From positions 3,392,001 to 3,456,000 of the forward strand of contig OZ244048.1 in NCBI GenBank assembly GCA_965215265.1: DNA of 64,000 bases. The letters run 5' to 3'. The DNA comes from Candidatus Poribacteria bacterium. Its GTDB lineage: Bacteria > Poribacteria > WGA-4E > WGA-3G. The notes beneath the pieces are model-generated. The model saw only the letters and a program-made list of their open reading frames with translations, was not told the origin of the DNA and did not search any database. The translations under genes and the position numbers were made by a program. Shown in pieces: positions 18,990 to 28,135 of the stretch (positions are counted from its first letter, which is position 1; every line of letters starts with the position of its first letter).

Positions 18990-19707
18990 AATGTAAGTGT
19001 GGACCTGTTGAAACACCGGTGTTCCCCGTGAGCCCAATAACCTTGCCCTGTTCCACACTTTGTCCGACCGAGACTCTGATTCTTGACAAGTGTCCATACC
19101 ATGTTGTAAAATCGCCGGCGTGTTGTATTCCAACGACTTTCCCATAACCACCTTTTCGTCCGGCATAGATAATTTCTCCGGCTTGGACCGCATAAACACG
19201 AGTTCCAACAGATGCCCTGAAGTCTATACCTTCGTGTAAACGGTACCTGCCCGTGATTGGATGCAATCGATGACCGTAAACTGATGTCACATCTATAGGT
19301 ATTCGTAACGGGCATTCGAAGATCGTCTCTCTGCCGGTTGGAATAAAAATTTTCATGCCGATCCGGATCTGTCGCGGGGAGGAAATGTTATTGACTAATT
19401 GAAGCAACTTCCACCCAAGTCCGTGACGATACGCAATTTCAGACAACGTATCGCCCTGCTGGACTTCATATGATATACCCTTATCCGATTTCACCGGAAT
19501 CAGCAGCATTTGTCCAATCTGTAGTTTGTTGGCGTTCAGAATACCGTTGGCTTGGAGAATGGCGTTAAGAGATACATCATACTGTTGGGAAATCTGCGAC
19601 AACGTTTCTCCTTTCTGAACCTCATGTTGTTTACTAAGACCTAACGTACCTCTGGATATTGAAACCGTTAAGAAAAAAATGACAAAGATATAAAACTGTT
19701 TTCTCAT
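18931..19707 (-). CDS. LysM x2 + M23 peptidase
   Basis: Two VxxGxTL LysM repeats, HEGID, HLHFE. Confidence 0.93.
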   Translation of the reverse strand: MRKQFYIFVIFFLTVSISRGTLGLSKQHEVQKGETLSQISQQYDVSLNAILQANGILNANKLQIGQMLLIPVKSDKGISYEVQQGDTLSEIAYRHGLGWKLLQLVNNISSPRQIRIGMKIFIPTGRETIFECPLRIPIDVTSVYGHRLHPITGRYRLHEGIDFRASVGTRVYAVQAGEIIYAGRKGGYGKVVGIQHAGDFTTWYGHLSRIRVSVGQSVEQGKVIGLTGNTGVSTGPHLHFEIRYKGKSEDPARYLALP

Positions 19708-19775
19708 TTGATGATACCCTAACTCTGTTTCTAAAAATACTGCGCTCGGGGGCTCGCTCGTACAAATTAAATATG

Positions 19776-20297
19776 CTAATCGGCTTCAACGCTTAGCAAT
19801 ATTGTCTTTGTTTCTGACAAAATTTGGGTATCGGTATCAATTCCAGCAGCACCAACGGAAACTATCTCGCTAATCACTGTCACAACTAATTGGATGACTT
19901 CAACCTGGATATTTTCTCCGTCCAACGTAGACGGAGCACTCCAGGTAACTGGATTTTCATCTGTGGCGGAAAGCGTACCATAGTTGGTAACGTTTAGCCA
20001 GTGCAACGTGACACTGGTACCTTTAACCCCTTTTATCGAAGCTGTTAGTTCCACGTCTTCCCCGGGGGTTACCGTTTTTTTCGTAACGGTAACCTTGACG
20101 TTAAGCTTAGCAACTTCCTCTTCTGCGTTTTTGTTCTCCGAGTCAGTTGTTAACTCGATAATATCATCGGTAGTTGCGTCCGTTGTACCGGATTCGGATA
20201 CAGGGTTGTTTAGGTTGCTACCGCCGCAACTCACGAAAGTTAAGACGCAACTGACAAGGAGAATGTTTAATAATATTAAGAATTGAGAAGCTCTCAT
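19776..20297 (-). CDS. Putative lipoprotein, unknown function
   Basis: Hydrophobic leader ending FVSC-GG; AGAGGA RBS. Confidence 0.7.
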   Translation of the reverse strand: MRASQFLILLNILLVSCVLTFVSCGGSNLNNPVSESGTTDATTDDIIELTTDSENKNAEEEVAKLNVKVTVTKKTVTPGEDVELTASIKGVKGTSVTLHWLNVTNYGTLSATDENPVTWSAPSTLDGENIQVEVIQLVVTVISEIVSVGAAGIDTDTQILSETKTILLSVEAD

Positions 20298-20540
20298 AAC
20301 TCTTCCTCTTTTTGTTGTTTCAGAACAACAGATCTGTTCTGATAAATAAGAATGACTATATCATTAGATAGGTTTCTCGTCTGTCGGCATCTAAAGCATG
20401 AAAGGGAGTGCCTTACTGAAACGCTATCATTACAAACGAATAGGAAGAGAAATAGTTACAATCTGGGGGAGAGCATGCAACGAATGGGTGAGAACCAAGA
20501 GAAGATATCCCGGTCCTCACGTATTATCTCTATGGATAGT

Positions 20541-21332
20541 CTATTTTTTGGTGCTTTCTATTTCCTGACGGAGAAACGCTATTATATCTGCAATGTCCTG
20601 ATCTGACAAGATATCGGAAGCGTAGAACGGCATGAGCGAACCGCCTCCCCGAATTTTAGTTGCCCAGCGCACCATGGTTTTGTCAATATCACGCGGTGCC
20701 CGAGAACGGACGAGTTGGGGTCCAATGCCCCCTTTTCGGACAGTCGGATGGCAGGTAACGCATGCACGCCCGAAAAGCTCCCAGCCTTTTTTGGTATCCC
20801 CGGCCATACCAGCAATTTTTTCGCCTGCAGCTTTTTTCGCATCACTATCCAGCATCTCCATCGTGAATTGGGGGCCCTTATTGTCCCCAGAGATCGCTTC
20901 AAAATAAGCCATGAGTGCCTCGGCGTATTCTGCTGGAATGGCTGTGGGATTCACTTTATCATGGGCGACACCTTGTAAAAAATGCTCGTAGCAGAACCCA
21001 CCTCCACCGGCGGCGCGTGCGAAATCGGCGTTTTTAATCATACCACCTTTTGCTTCACCGCGGTGCGGTACACCGACAATGCTATGTCCCGCGCGAATGA
21101 CACCGTCCGGGTTTGCCTTATCATCAAAATCCGCATGACAATTAGCACACGTCAGCCCCGTTGCCTTTTTCTGACCGGCAGGAGCATTTGCAGGAATTGT
21201 GCCTTTAAAGGTTGGATCGTGGAACAACTCGCGACCGAGTTGGGCTTTTTCAGATAATTGCCCATGAGCAAGTAAAACATATCCAATTACCAATATCACG
21301 CCCAATGAAAACCAAACAAATTTGCGCATCAA
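20541..21332 (-). CDS. Periplasmic diheme cytochrome c (TsdA/SoxA-like layout)
   Basis: Signal peptide, CANCH and CVTCH, lone Cys in GGFCYEHF, distal Met in SLMP. Confidence 0.8.
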   Translation of the reverse strand: MMRKFVWFSLGVILVIGYVLLAHGQLSEKAQLGRELFHDPTFKGTIPANAPAGQKKATGLTCANCHADFDDKANPDGVIRAGHSIVGVPHRGEAKGGMIKNADFARAAGGGGFCYEHFLQGVAHDKVNPTAIPAEYAEALMAYFEAISGDNKGPQFTMEMLDSDAKKAAGEKIAGMAGDTKKGWELFGRACVTCHPTVRKGGIGPQLVRSRAPRDIDKTMVRWATKIRGGGSLMPFYASDILSDQDIADIIAFLRQEIESTKK

Positions 21333-21537
21333 GAATCTCCTTATCCTTTATTTGATTAATTTAAGGATAGGCGGTAGTCGCCTATCAATTGCTCATTAAT
21401 CTTAGAGGAATTTTAGCAAAATTCTGATTAATTATCAACAATAAAAATTAGTTTTGGCAGCGAAAAAAGTTGGGCATCCATTTAAGTGTGCGAACAACTT
21501 TTTTGTATTTACAGGTGCGGGCGAGCTCGCTATCAGA

Positions 21538-22170
21538 TTAGCGGGCAGGAGTCTTTCCGGGACAGACTAAAGATTTACCTGGGTGCTGATCTGCGGATCC
21601 TTCTAAAGCAGCGATGTATGGTAAATTCCGATATCTGGCATCGTAATCGAGTCCGTAACCGACAACGAAAACGTTGGGAATTTCGAAGCCGCAATAATCA
21701 ATGTTGACGTGGATTTTGCGTGGCGAAGGTTTATTCAGAAGTACGCAAACTTTAACAGTTTTCGGGTTTAGGGAACTGAGATGTTCCATGAGAAGCGCCA
21801 AGGTACTTCCACTCTCAACAATATCCTCTACAATGAGGACATGCTTGTTTGTAAGCGCATCACTCCCGCCGTGAATAAGTTCCACTTCTGATGGCTTTGT
21901 GCTGCGTTTGTAGCTAGAGAGTTGCACAAACTCAAAACGGAGCGGTCCTGGAGCAGAGAGCGGTGCCTCTATTTCAGATTGAAGAGGTACTTGCAATGGT
22001 GCTCTATAGATTGCTCGCGCTAAATCCGCATAAAACATGACCGCGCCACTCAATACACAGAGCAGGACAAGTTCCTGTTCTTTATAATCGTTAGCTATCT
22101 GTATGCCCAACTCATGAACGCGACGCTGAATGTCAATTTCAGAAATTAGAATGAATTGTGGAGTCAGCAT
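21538..22170 (-). CDS. hpt: Hypoxanthine phosphoribosyltransferase
   Basis: VLIVEDIVESGSTL, FVVGYGLDY..YRNLPYI. Confidence 0.95.
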   Translation of the reverse strand: MLTPQFILISEIDIQRRVHELGIQIANDYKEQELVLLCVLSGAVMFYADLARAIYRAPLQVPLQSEIEAPLSAPGPLRFEFVQLSSYKRSTKPSEVELIHGGSDALTNKHVLIVEDIVESGSTLALLMEHLSSLNPKTVKVCVLLNKPSPRKIHVNIDYCGFEIPNVFVVGYGLDYDARYRNLPYIAALEGSADQHPGKSLVCPGKTPAR

Positions 22171-23666
22171 GAGTCTTTTAATGTATATTGTAGATGGAGA
22201 TATCTTTGAGTACTGTCGTGAACCTTGGTCCGCTCATTGGTGGTATATCCGATGACCCACAAAATTTCATCACCGCTGACGAGGAGCGGCAGGTGTTCGC
22301 GTTCATAAAGAGGTAACTTAGCATCAATAAAAAAATCTTTAAGCTTTTTAGTTCCATTCATGCCATATGGTTGAAATCTATCACCTGGCTGCCGATTGCG
22401 AATGATCAGAGGCAACTGAATTGTGTCCCAATCAAATACCGCGGTAAACGTACCATCGGGAATTGGAAAGGTATCGGGCGGAGAGGGCTCGACTACATCT
22501 GCGGTAATGTTCGCATTTAAAGCGGGAATAAACGTTTTGCCACTGATAGCAATAGGATGGGTAAAATCTTTGCGCCTGTTGTCCGGATTTACTTCAAAAA
22601 TCAGCTGCTGGTAAGTGCGTCGGAATTGTGAACCGTTGGGGAGAGCTAACACAGCATTGGGGGTATCTCCACTCACTACATCAAGAATTGCTTGGTAGTG
22701 TTGAAAATAGAAATCGTTCAGCTGCCCCTGGAGTACAGTAACAGCGTGCCGCAGAATACGCCGTTGCAACGCGATGTGGTATTGACAGAACTTTTCCCTG
22801 TCTAATACGATTGTGTTTTCATGCTGTGGGATGAGATGTTCTGGCTTGCTATGAATAGACGGAAGTTGACAAGCCTCAAACCCGTCATGTGCAACTGTAT
22901 CAAGGTATTCCGATTCTGACCTTAACACTTCAGCAGTGCGATTTAACCCTGTTTTGATATTCGGATTATAGTTGCGTTCAAGCAGTGGTATCAATTCATG
23001 CCGGATGCGGTTTCGGAGGTAACGTTTATCTGTATTGGTGGCATCGTGTAGGGGTTTGATGCCGATGGAGTTGAGAAACGTTTCAATATCTTGTCGGGTA
23101 AATCCTGCGAGCGGACGGATAATTAACGGAGGAGTTACAGTCCGTTCAGTTTTCACTGCTCCTTGCTTGTGGGTAGAATCAGGTCCGTCTCTAATAGGAG
23201 CAATGCCTTTCAAACCACTAGGACCTGCCCCACGGAGTAGGTTCATCAAAACTGTTTCGGCGGTATCGTCCTGATGGTGTCCAAGTGCAACTTTAGTGGC
23301 ATCGATTTGCCGAGATAGAACTTCATAAAATTCGTAGCGTGCTGCACGTCCCGCTGCTTCCAGGGAAGATTTCTGAGGCTTTAGCGTCTGTCGTACATCA
23401 ACAGTACGGAGCGTAAATGGCAGCGCCAGACGTTTTGCGTGCTGCTGTACAAATTTGGCATCGGTATTAGAATCCGGACGGATGCAATGATTTAAGTGCG
23501 CAATGTGGAGGGAGCAATTTAACTGGGTCTGAAGGGCATGCAACCCGTAAAGCAGCGCGAGCGAGTCAGCCCCGCCGGAGACAGCAACAACTACCCTATC
23601 GTCTTGTTCGATCAAGGCATGTGTCGAGATAAAGCGATGCAGCTGGTGTACAAAACGGGAGGTCAT
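22164..23666 (-). CDS. tilS: tRNA(Ile)-lysidine synthase
   Basis: VSGGADS PP-loop, HHQDDTAET, RNRIRH, C-terminal PGDRF..KKLKDFF. Confidence 0.95.
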   Translation of the reverse strand: MTSRFVHQLHRFISTHALIEQDDRVVVAVSGGADSLALLYGLHALQTQLNCSLHIAHLNHCIRPDSNTDAKFVQQHAKRLALPFTLRTVDVRQTLKPQKSSLEAAGRAARYEFYEVLSRQIDATKVALGHHQDDTAETVLMNLLRGAGPSGLKGIAPIRDGPDSTHKQGAVKTERTVTPPLIIRPLAGFTRQDIETFLNSIGIKPLHDATNTDKRYLRNRIRHELIPLLERNYNPNIKTGLNRTAEVLRSESEYLDTVAHDGFEACQLPSIHSKPEHLIPQHENTIVLDREKFCQYHIALQRRILRHAVTVLQGQLNDFYFQHYQAILDVVSGDTPNAVLALPNGSQFRRTYQQLIFEVNPDNRRKDFTHPIAISGKTFIPALNANITADVVEPSPPDTFPIPDGTFTAVFDWDTIQLPLIIRNRQPGDRFQPYGMNGTKKLKDFFIDAKLPLYEREHLPLLVSGDEILWVIGYTTNERTKVHDSTQRYLHLQYTLKDSC

Positions 23667-23746
23667 GAGCCATGTCTAAAAAGATATTGTCCGTTAGAAC
23701 TTTCCTGCGAACGACAAGCGTTCTTTAGGGCGGAACCTGGCCTAAA

Positions 23747-23818
23747 TGCCGGTGCGGAGAGTCGAACTCCGGACAGCACGATTATGAGTCGTGTGCTCTA
23801 CCACTGAGCTACACCGGC
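23747..23818 (-). tRNA. tRNA with CAT anticodon (elongator Met or Ile2)
   Basis: GCCGGTG acceptor stem, CACGA-CTCATAA-TCGTG anticodon arm, GTTCGA T-loop. Confidence 0.92.
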
Positions 23819-23848
23819 GAAGAGTTAAATGTAAGGGAACTCTAAAGA

Positions 23849-23922
23849 TTGCAGGGGTGGGATTTGAACCCACGTCCTCCGGGTTATGAGCCCGACGAGC
23901 TACCTGACTGCTCTACCCTGCG
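23849..23922 (-). tRNA. Initiator tRNA-fMet(CAT)
   Basis: C1:A72 mismatch and three G:C pairs closing the anticodon stem. Confidence 0.95.
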
Positions 23923-23973
23923 GTAAGATGGATTGGAGAATGACTTCTACAGTTCTCTTACGACTTACAGAAG

Positions 23974-24060
23974 TGGTCGAGGAGGGACTTGAACCCTCAC
24001 ACCTTTTTAAGAGGCGATGGATTTTAAGTCCATTGTGTCTACCGATTCCACCACTCGACC
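23974..24060 (-). tRNA. tRNA-Leu(TAA)
   Basis: GGTCGAG acceptor stem, ATGGA-CTTAAAA-TCCAT, long variable arm. Confidence 0.95.
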
Positions 24061-24073
24061 GGCACTGTATTAT

Positions 24074-24192
24074 ATAGTATACCCTATTTCAAAAGATTTG
24101 TCAAATTTTTTTGCTTTTTGATGTTTTTAGCGGTGAAGGTTAATTTCCCACGCCCGTGTTAATAGTATACCCTATTTCAAAAGATTTGTCAA
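24074..24192 (-). promoter_or_regulatory. Two identical tandem sigma70 promoters for the tRNA operon
   Basis: 31-bp exact repeat at 24074-24104 and 24162-24192 reading TTGACA-N17-TATACT on the minus strand. Confidence 0.85.
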
Positions 24193-24223
24193 TGTCTTTC
24201 GTTTTTGGCGTTTTTTACAGAAA

Positions 24224-24320
24224 AGTAGAAAGCCGGTACCGGTTCCTGTTAAATTCTTTGAGATAACTCCCTATTTGAGTTCTGTTTTTAGTAGAAAGCC
24301 GGTACCGGTTCCTGTTAAAT
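24224..24320. repeat. 31-bp exact direct repeat x2 with palindromic core CCGGTACCGG
   Basis: AGTAGAAAGCCGGTACCGGTTCCTGTTAAAT at 24224-24254 and 24290-24320, 35-bp gap. Confidence 0.9.
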
Positions 24321-24568
24321 CCTAGATTCTTATCTTACGTCTCTTATATCTAAATTTCTTTGTAGCTGCAAGGAAATCTGTTTTTTCTTGACTTTTTCTC
24401 CAATTGATTCTATAATGATAGAAGATAAAGAGTAGATCTGAGGGCAAACGCCCCGCTTGCATCCAGAAGTGAAATGCTGTTTGCATGCAAATTTAGAGAT
24501 ACTCACGTGGAAGTTAACGGAGACAGAAATGCAGATTCTTGATAGTGAAAGGGATATCAAATAAAGGG

Positions 24569-25858
24569 ATGAAATTCGGGCTATTTTATGAACATCAGAT
24601 TCCCCGTCCGTGGCATGAAGGGGCAGAGCATAAGCTCTTTCAGGACGCGTTAGCCCAAGTAGAGTTGGCGGATAAACTCGGGTTTGACTATATTTGGGAG
24701 GTTGAACACCATTTTCTTGAAGAGTATTCACATTCTTCTGCACCGGAGGTGTTTCTCGCAGCTTGCAGTCAACGCACCGAACAAATTCGATTGGGACACG
24801 GAATTGTGCTGATGCCACCGGCTTATAACCACCCGGCGCGTGTTGCTGAGCGAATCGCAACATTGGACTTGGTGTCAAACGGACGCGTGGAATGGGGTAC
24901 TGGAGAATCTGCCTCACACATGGAGCTGGGTGGATTCAACGTTGATCCGAAGGTGAAGCGGCAGATGTGGGCAGAATGCACGTGCGAGACGGCTAAAATG
25001 ATGGTTCAATCGCCTTACGCGGGGCATGATGGGCAGTACTTCTCAATGCCCACACGCAATGTATTACCGAAACCGTTGCAAAGGCCGCATCCGCCTCCAT
25101 GGATGGCTTGCTCCAGCCGCGACAGTCTCCGATACGCAGCCAGATACGGCCTCGGCGCGCTTACCTTCGCGTTTATTGATGCCAACGAAGCAAAATTCTG
25201 GGTAGAAGAATATTATGAACTCTTTGAAAAGGAGTGCAAACCTCTCACGCAAACCGTCAACCCTAATATCGCCATGGTTTCGGGATTTTCATGTCACGAT
25301 AGTGAAGAGATAGCCATCGCTCGTGGCTTAGAGGGTTTGCGTTTCTTCCGCTTTGCCCTTGCACATTATTATCACAACGGTTCGCAGATTCCCGGAAAAA
25401 CCGATATTTGGAAACTATATAAAGAAACCCCGGAGGAACCTACTGAGGGACGAGCAGGGATAGGCACCCCTGACCAGGTGCGAGAACACTTGGAGGTAAT
25501 GGAGAAAGCCGGCGTAGACCAGGTCGTTTTCATTCAGCAGGCCGGGGGCAATCGACATGAACATATCTGTGAATCGATGGAACTTTTCGCTGAACGGGTT
25601 TTACCTGACTTTAAAGATCGAGATTCCGCTAGCACCGCACAAAAAAACTCTCGGTTTGCCAAAGCGATTGTGCACGCTGAAGCACGGAAACCCTCTTTGA
25701 AACGTCTTAATAAGGTCCCACCTGTGGATGCTTATCCGCTCCTGAGAAAAAAATTAGAGGTAGACGAGGCAGCAGAATCCGATCAGACTGACATCAGTGA
25801 TGATGGCAAAAAGTTTCTCCTTTCAATAGAGGGTGGAAAACGGCGAGAGACATCATGA
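24569..25858 (+). CDS. LLM-class (luciferase-like) flavin-dependent oxidoreductase
   Basis: MKFGLFYE, EHHF, HPARVAERIATLDLVSNGR, PKPLQRPHPP. Confidence 0.92.
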   Translation: MKFGLFYEHQIPRPWHEGAEHKLFQDALAQVELADKLGFDYIWEVEHHFLEEYSHSSAPEVFLAACSQRTEQIRLGHGIVLMPPAYNHPARVAERIATLDLVSNGRVEWGTGESASHMELGGFNVDPKVKRQMWAECTCETAKMMVQSPYAGHDGQYFSMPTRNVLPKPLQRPHPPPWMACSSRDSLRYAARYGLGALTFAFIDANEAKFWVEEYYELFEKECKPLTQTVNPNIAMVSGFSCHDSEEIAIARGLEGLRFFRFALAHYYHNGSQIPGKTDIWKLYKETPEEPTEGRAGIGTPDQVREHLEVMEKAGVDQVVFIQQAGGNRHEHICESMELFAERVLPDFKDRDSASTAQKNSRFAKAIVHAEARKPSLKRLNKVPPVDAYPLLRKKLEVDEAAESDQTDISDDGKKFLLSIEGGKRRETS

Positions 25859-27288
25859 AAAACGTCCTGATAATTGACGACGATGAGAAAATTTGTTGGG
25901 CATTTGAGCAATTCCTTGAAGCAGAGGGGTATGTGCCGAGTATTGCGAACAATGCTGAAGAAGGTTTACTCCGCATTGCATCCGAGAAGCCTGATGTAGT
26001 CTTACTTGATGTGAAGCTGCCGGGTATGAGCGGTTTAGAGGCGCTGAGTCACATTAAGTCTCTCCATCCGTGGGCTATCGTGATTATCATCACAGCATAC
26101 GACGATGTAGAGACAACAATCGCCGCGATGCGTTCCCAAGCGTTTGATTTTGTCCCGAAACCGATCGATTTGGATGTTGTGAAAACCGTTCTGGAGCGTG
26201 CCTTCCGCATCCAATCTGCCCGCAGTACACTGCCCGAGCAGGAAGCAGGCTCCGGATTGCCACGAAAACAGGGACATCGACTTGTTGGGAAGAGCGAACC
26301 GATGCGTGAAATCTACAAACTCATCGGAATTCTGGCGAGCAATACGATGACAGTGCTCATTGAAGGCGAAACCGGAACAGGTAAAGATCTTGTCGCGCGT
26401 GCAATCCACGCCGGTAGTGAGCGGAAAGAGAAGCCGTTCATACCGGTCGATTGTGGTGCACTGCCGGATGAACTTCTGGAAAGCGAACTGTTCGGCTATG
26501 AAGCCGGTGCGTTCACTGGTGCGAAAGCTGAAGGTAAACCGGGGCGGTTTGAGTTGGCGGATGGCGGTACGCTTTTCCTAGATGAAGTTGGGAACATGAC
26601 ACCCGCGTTGCAAGTTAAACTCCTCCGTGCGCTCCAAACCCAAGAAATTGAGAGACTTGGCGGGACTCGAACTATTAAGGTTGATGTCCGAGTCATCGCT
26701 GCTACCAATCAAGACCTCGCACAGATGGTTAGTCTTGGAAAGTTCCGAGGCGATCTCTACTATAGGTTCAAACGGATCGCGCTCCATCTCCCGCCTTTGA
26801 GAGAACGACGCGAGGATATTCCGCTGCTCGTTACACATTTTCTCCAACTGACACAAGATGAATTGCGGAAGCCGATACGTGGTATTTCTGAAGCAGGGAT
26901 GAAACTCATACAACAATACGAATGGCCCGGCAATGTGCGTGAATTGGAGAATTGCCTCAGGAGCGCGGCGACGCTTACCCGCGCAGATGTTATTCTGCCT
27001 GACGACTTACCTATAGAGGTGCAGAACGGAAACCGGCACACCGCAACCGTCGGATTTTCTGAGATGGATATAGAGATATCATTCAGAGCTGTTTTACAAC
27101 GTATGATCCGGGAAGCGGTTGCTGAAGAAAAAGATGGACTTTATGAGGAGGTGGTGGCGATGTTAGACAAAGTACTAATCGGGATAATTTTAGATGAATT
27201 TTCAGGAAATCATAGCAAAACTGCCGACTTGTTAGGGATAAGCCGCACTACCCTCATAAAGAAGATAAAGCAACATATAGAGAAATAG
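25855..27288 (+). CDS. Sigma54-dependent response regulator (NtrC/AtoC type)
   Basis: REC domain, [21 protein letters not shown], Fis-type HTH. Confidence 0.95.
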   Translation: MKNVLIIDDDEKICWAFEQFLEAEGYVPSIANNAEEGLLRIASEKPDVVLLDVKLPGMSGLEALSHIKSLHPWAIVIIITAYDDVETTIAAMRSQAFDFVPKPIDLDVVKTVLERAFRIQSARSTLPEQEAGSGLPRKQGHRLVGKSEPMREIYKLIGILASNTMTVLIEGETGTGKDLVARAIHAGSERKEKPFIPVDCGALPDELLESELFGYEAGAFTGAKAEGKPGRFELADGGTLFLDEVGNMTPALQVKLLRALQTQEIERLGGTRTIKVDVRVIAATNQDLAQMVSLGKFRGDLYYRFKRIALHLPPLRERREDIPLLVTHFLQLTQDELRKPIRGISEAGMKLIQQYEWPGNVRELENCLRSAATLTRADVILPDDLPIEVQNGNRHTATVGFSEMDIEISFRAVLQRMIREAVAEEKDGLYEEVVAMLDKVLIGIILDEFSGNHSKTADLLGISRTTLIKKIKQHIEK

Positions 27289-27352
27289 AGTTCACGGTAT
27301 TTAATCATTTGATTCAATCTCGTTAAAACTTGGCTTACGGAAGAGGAACAGA

Positions 27353-28135
27353 ATGGAATCGTGGATTCGGATTGCACATCGTGGGGCCTCGGGGATTGCC
27401 CCAGAAAATACGCTTGCAGCGTTCAATAAGGCAATTGAAATCGGTGTTGATGCCGTAGAATTCGATCTGCACGGAACAGCCGATGGCGAAGTGGTAGTCA
27501 TACATGATGCCACGTTGAATAGAACCACCAGCCTCAGTGGACTTGTTAGAAAAAAACGGTTAGAAACGATTAAGTTTGCAGATGCAAGTGGTTGGTTCCA
27601 TCCGGACTTTAGAGGTGAACGTGCCTTACGGAGCGATTCAGCAGGCAGAGAAATCAGGTGCCACCCTCCTGAGACGAAAGGAGAACGCGTCCCGACGCTT
27701 GAGGAGGCATTAGCTTGCATTACCTCGAAGGCGATGGCGGTTGCTGAAATCAAAGACCCGGCAATCTGTGAAACGGTTGTCTCAAAAATCCGAGAGATGA
27801 ATGCCCTAGAGAAAGTCGTTATCATCTCTTTTTACACTGCTGCCTTACGTACAGCGCGCTCGCTTGAACCGTGCATTCCAACGGGTTGGCTCATCGGCAG
27901 TCACAATAACGGCGAGTCGCCTATAGCGTTGTGTCAGCAATTGTGCGAAATGGGCTGCAGTCTCCTGAACGTGAATCACCGTCTGCTAAATGCTGAATTC
28001 GCTTATGAGGTGCGGCGGCGCGGTATCTGCTTGTGGTGTTGGACTGTGGATGATATTGCCCGCATGCACCAGATGCGTGCCCTTGGCGTGCAGGGCATCA
28101 CGTCAAACCACCCTGAACGTTTCGCGAAGATTTAA
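27353..28135 (+). CDS. Glycerophosphodiester phosphodiesterase
   Basis: IAHRGAS..PENT, EFD, HD, PTLEE, WTVD. Confidence 0.92.
   Translation: MESWIRIAHRGASGIAPENTLAAFNKAIEIGVDAVEFDLHGTADGEVVVIHDATLNRTTSLSGLVRKKRLETIKFADASGWFHPDFRGERALRSDSAGREIRCHPPETKGERVPTLEEALACITSKAMAVAEIKDPAICETVVSKIREMNALEKVVIISFYTAALRTARSLEPCIPTGWLIGSHNNGESPIALCQQLCEMGCSLLNVNHRLLNAEFAYEVRRRGICLWCWTVDDIARMHQMRALGVQGITSNHPERFAKI

Noticed and set aside
18990-19208. 558-aa N-terminal extension of the SLT fusion
   Set aside because: Lies in an alternate frame of the M23 catalytic domain, well upstream of the hydrophobic leader.
23747-24060. tRNA-anchored integrated element
   Set aside because: No integrase and no duplicated tRNA 3' end seen in the window.
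24224-24320. CRISPR array call
   Set aside because: Only two repeats and no cas genes in the window; kept as a repeat and a low-ranked finding.
24330-24917. 195-aa antisense ORF, and the many other shadow ORFs opposite ppdK, arc, recA, rtcB, metH and the Type ISP gene
   Set aside because: They overlap well-supported genes and show no motifs or RBS.
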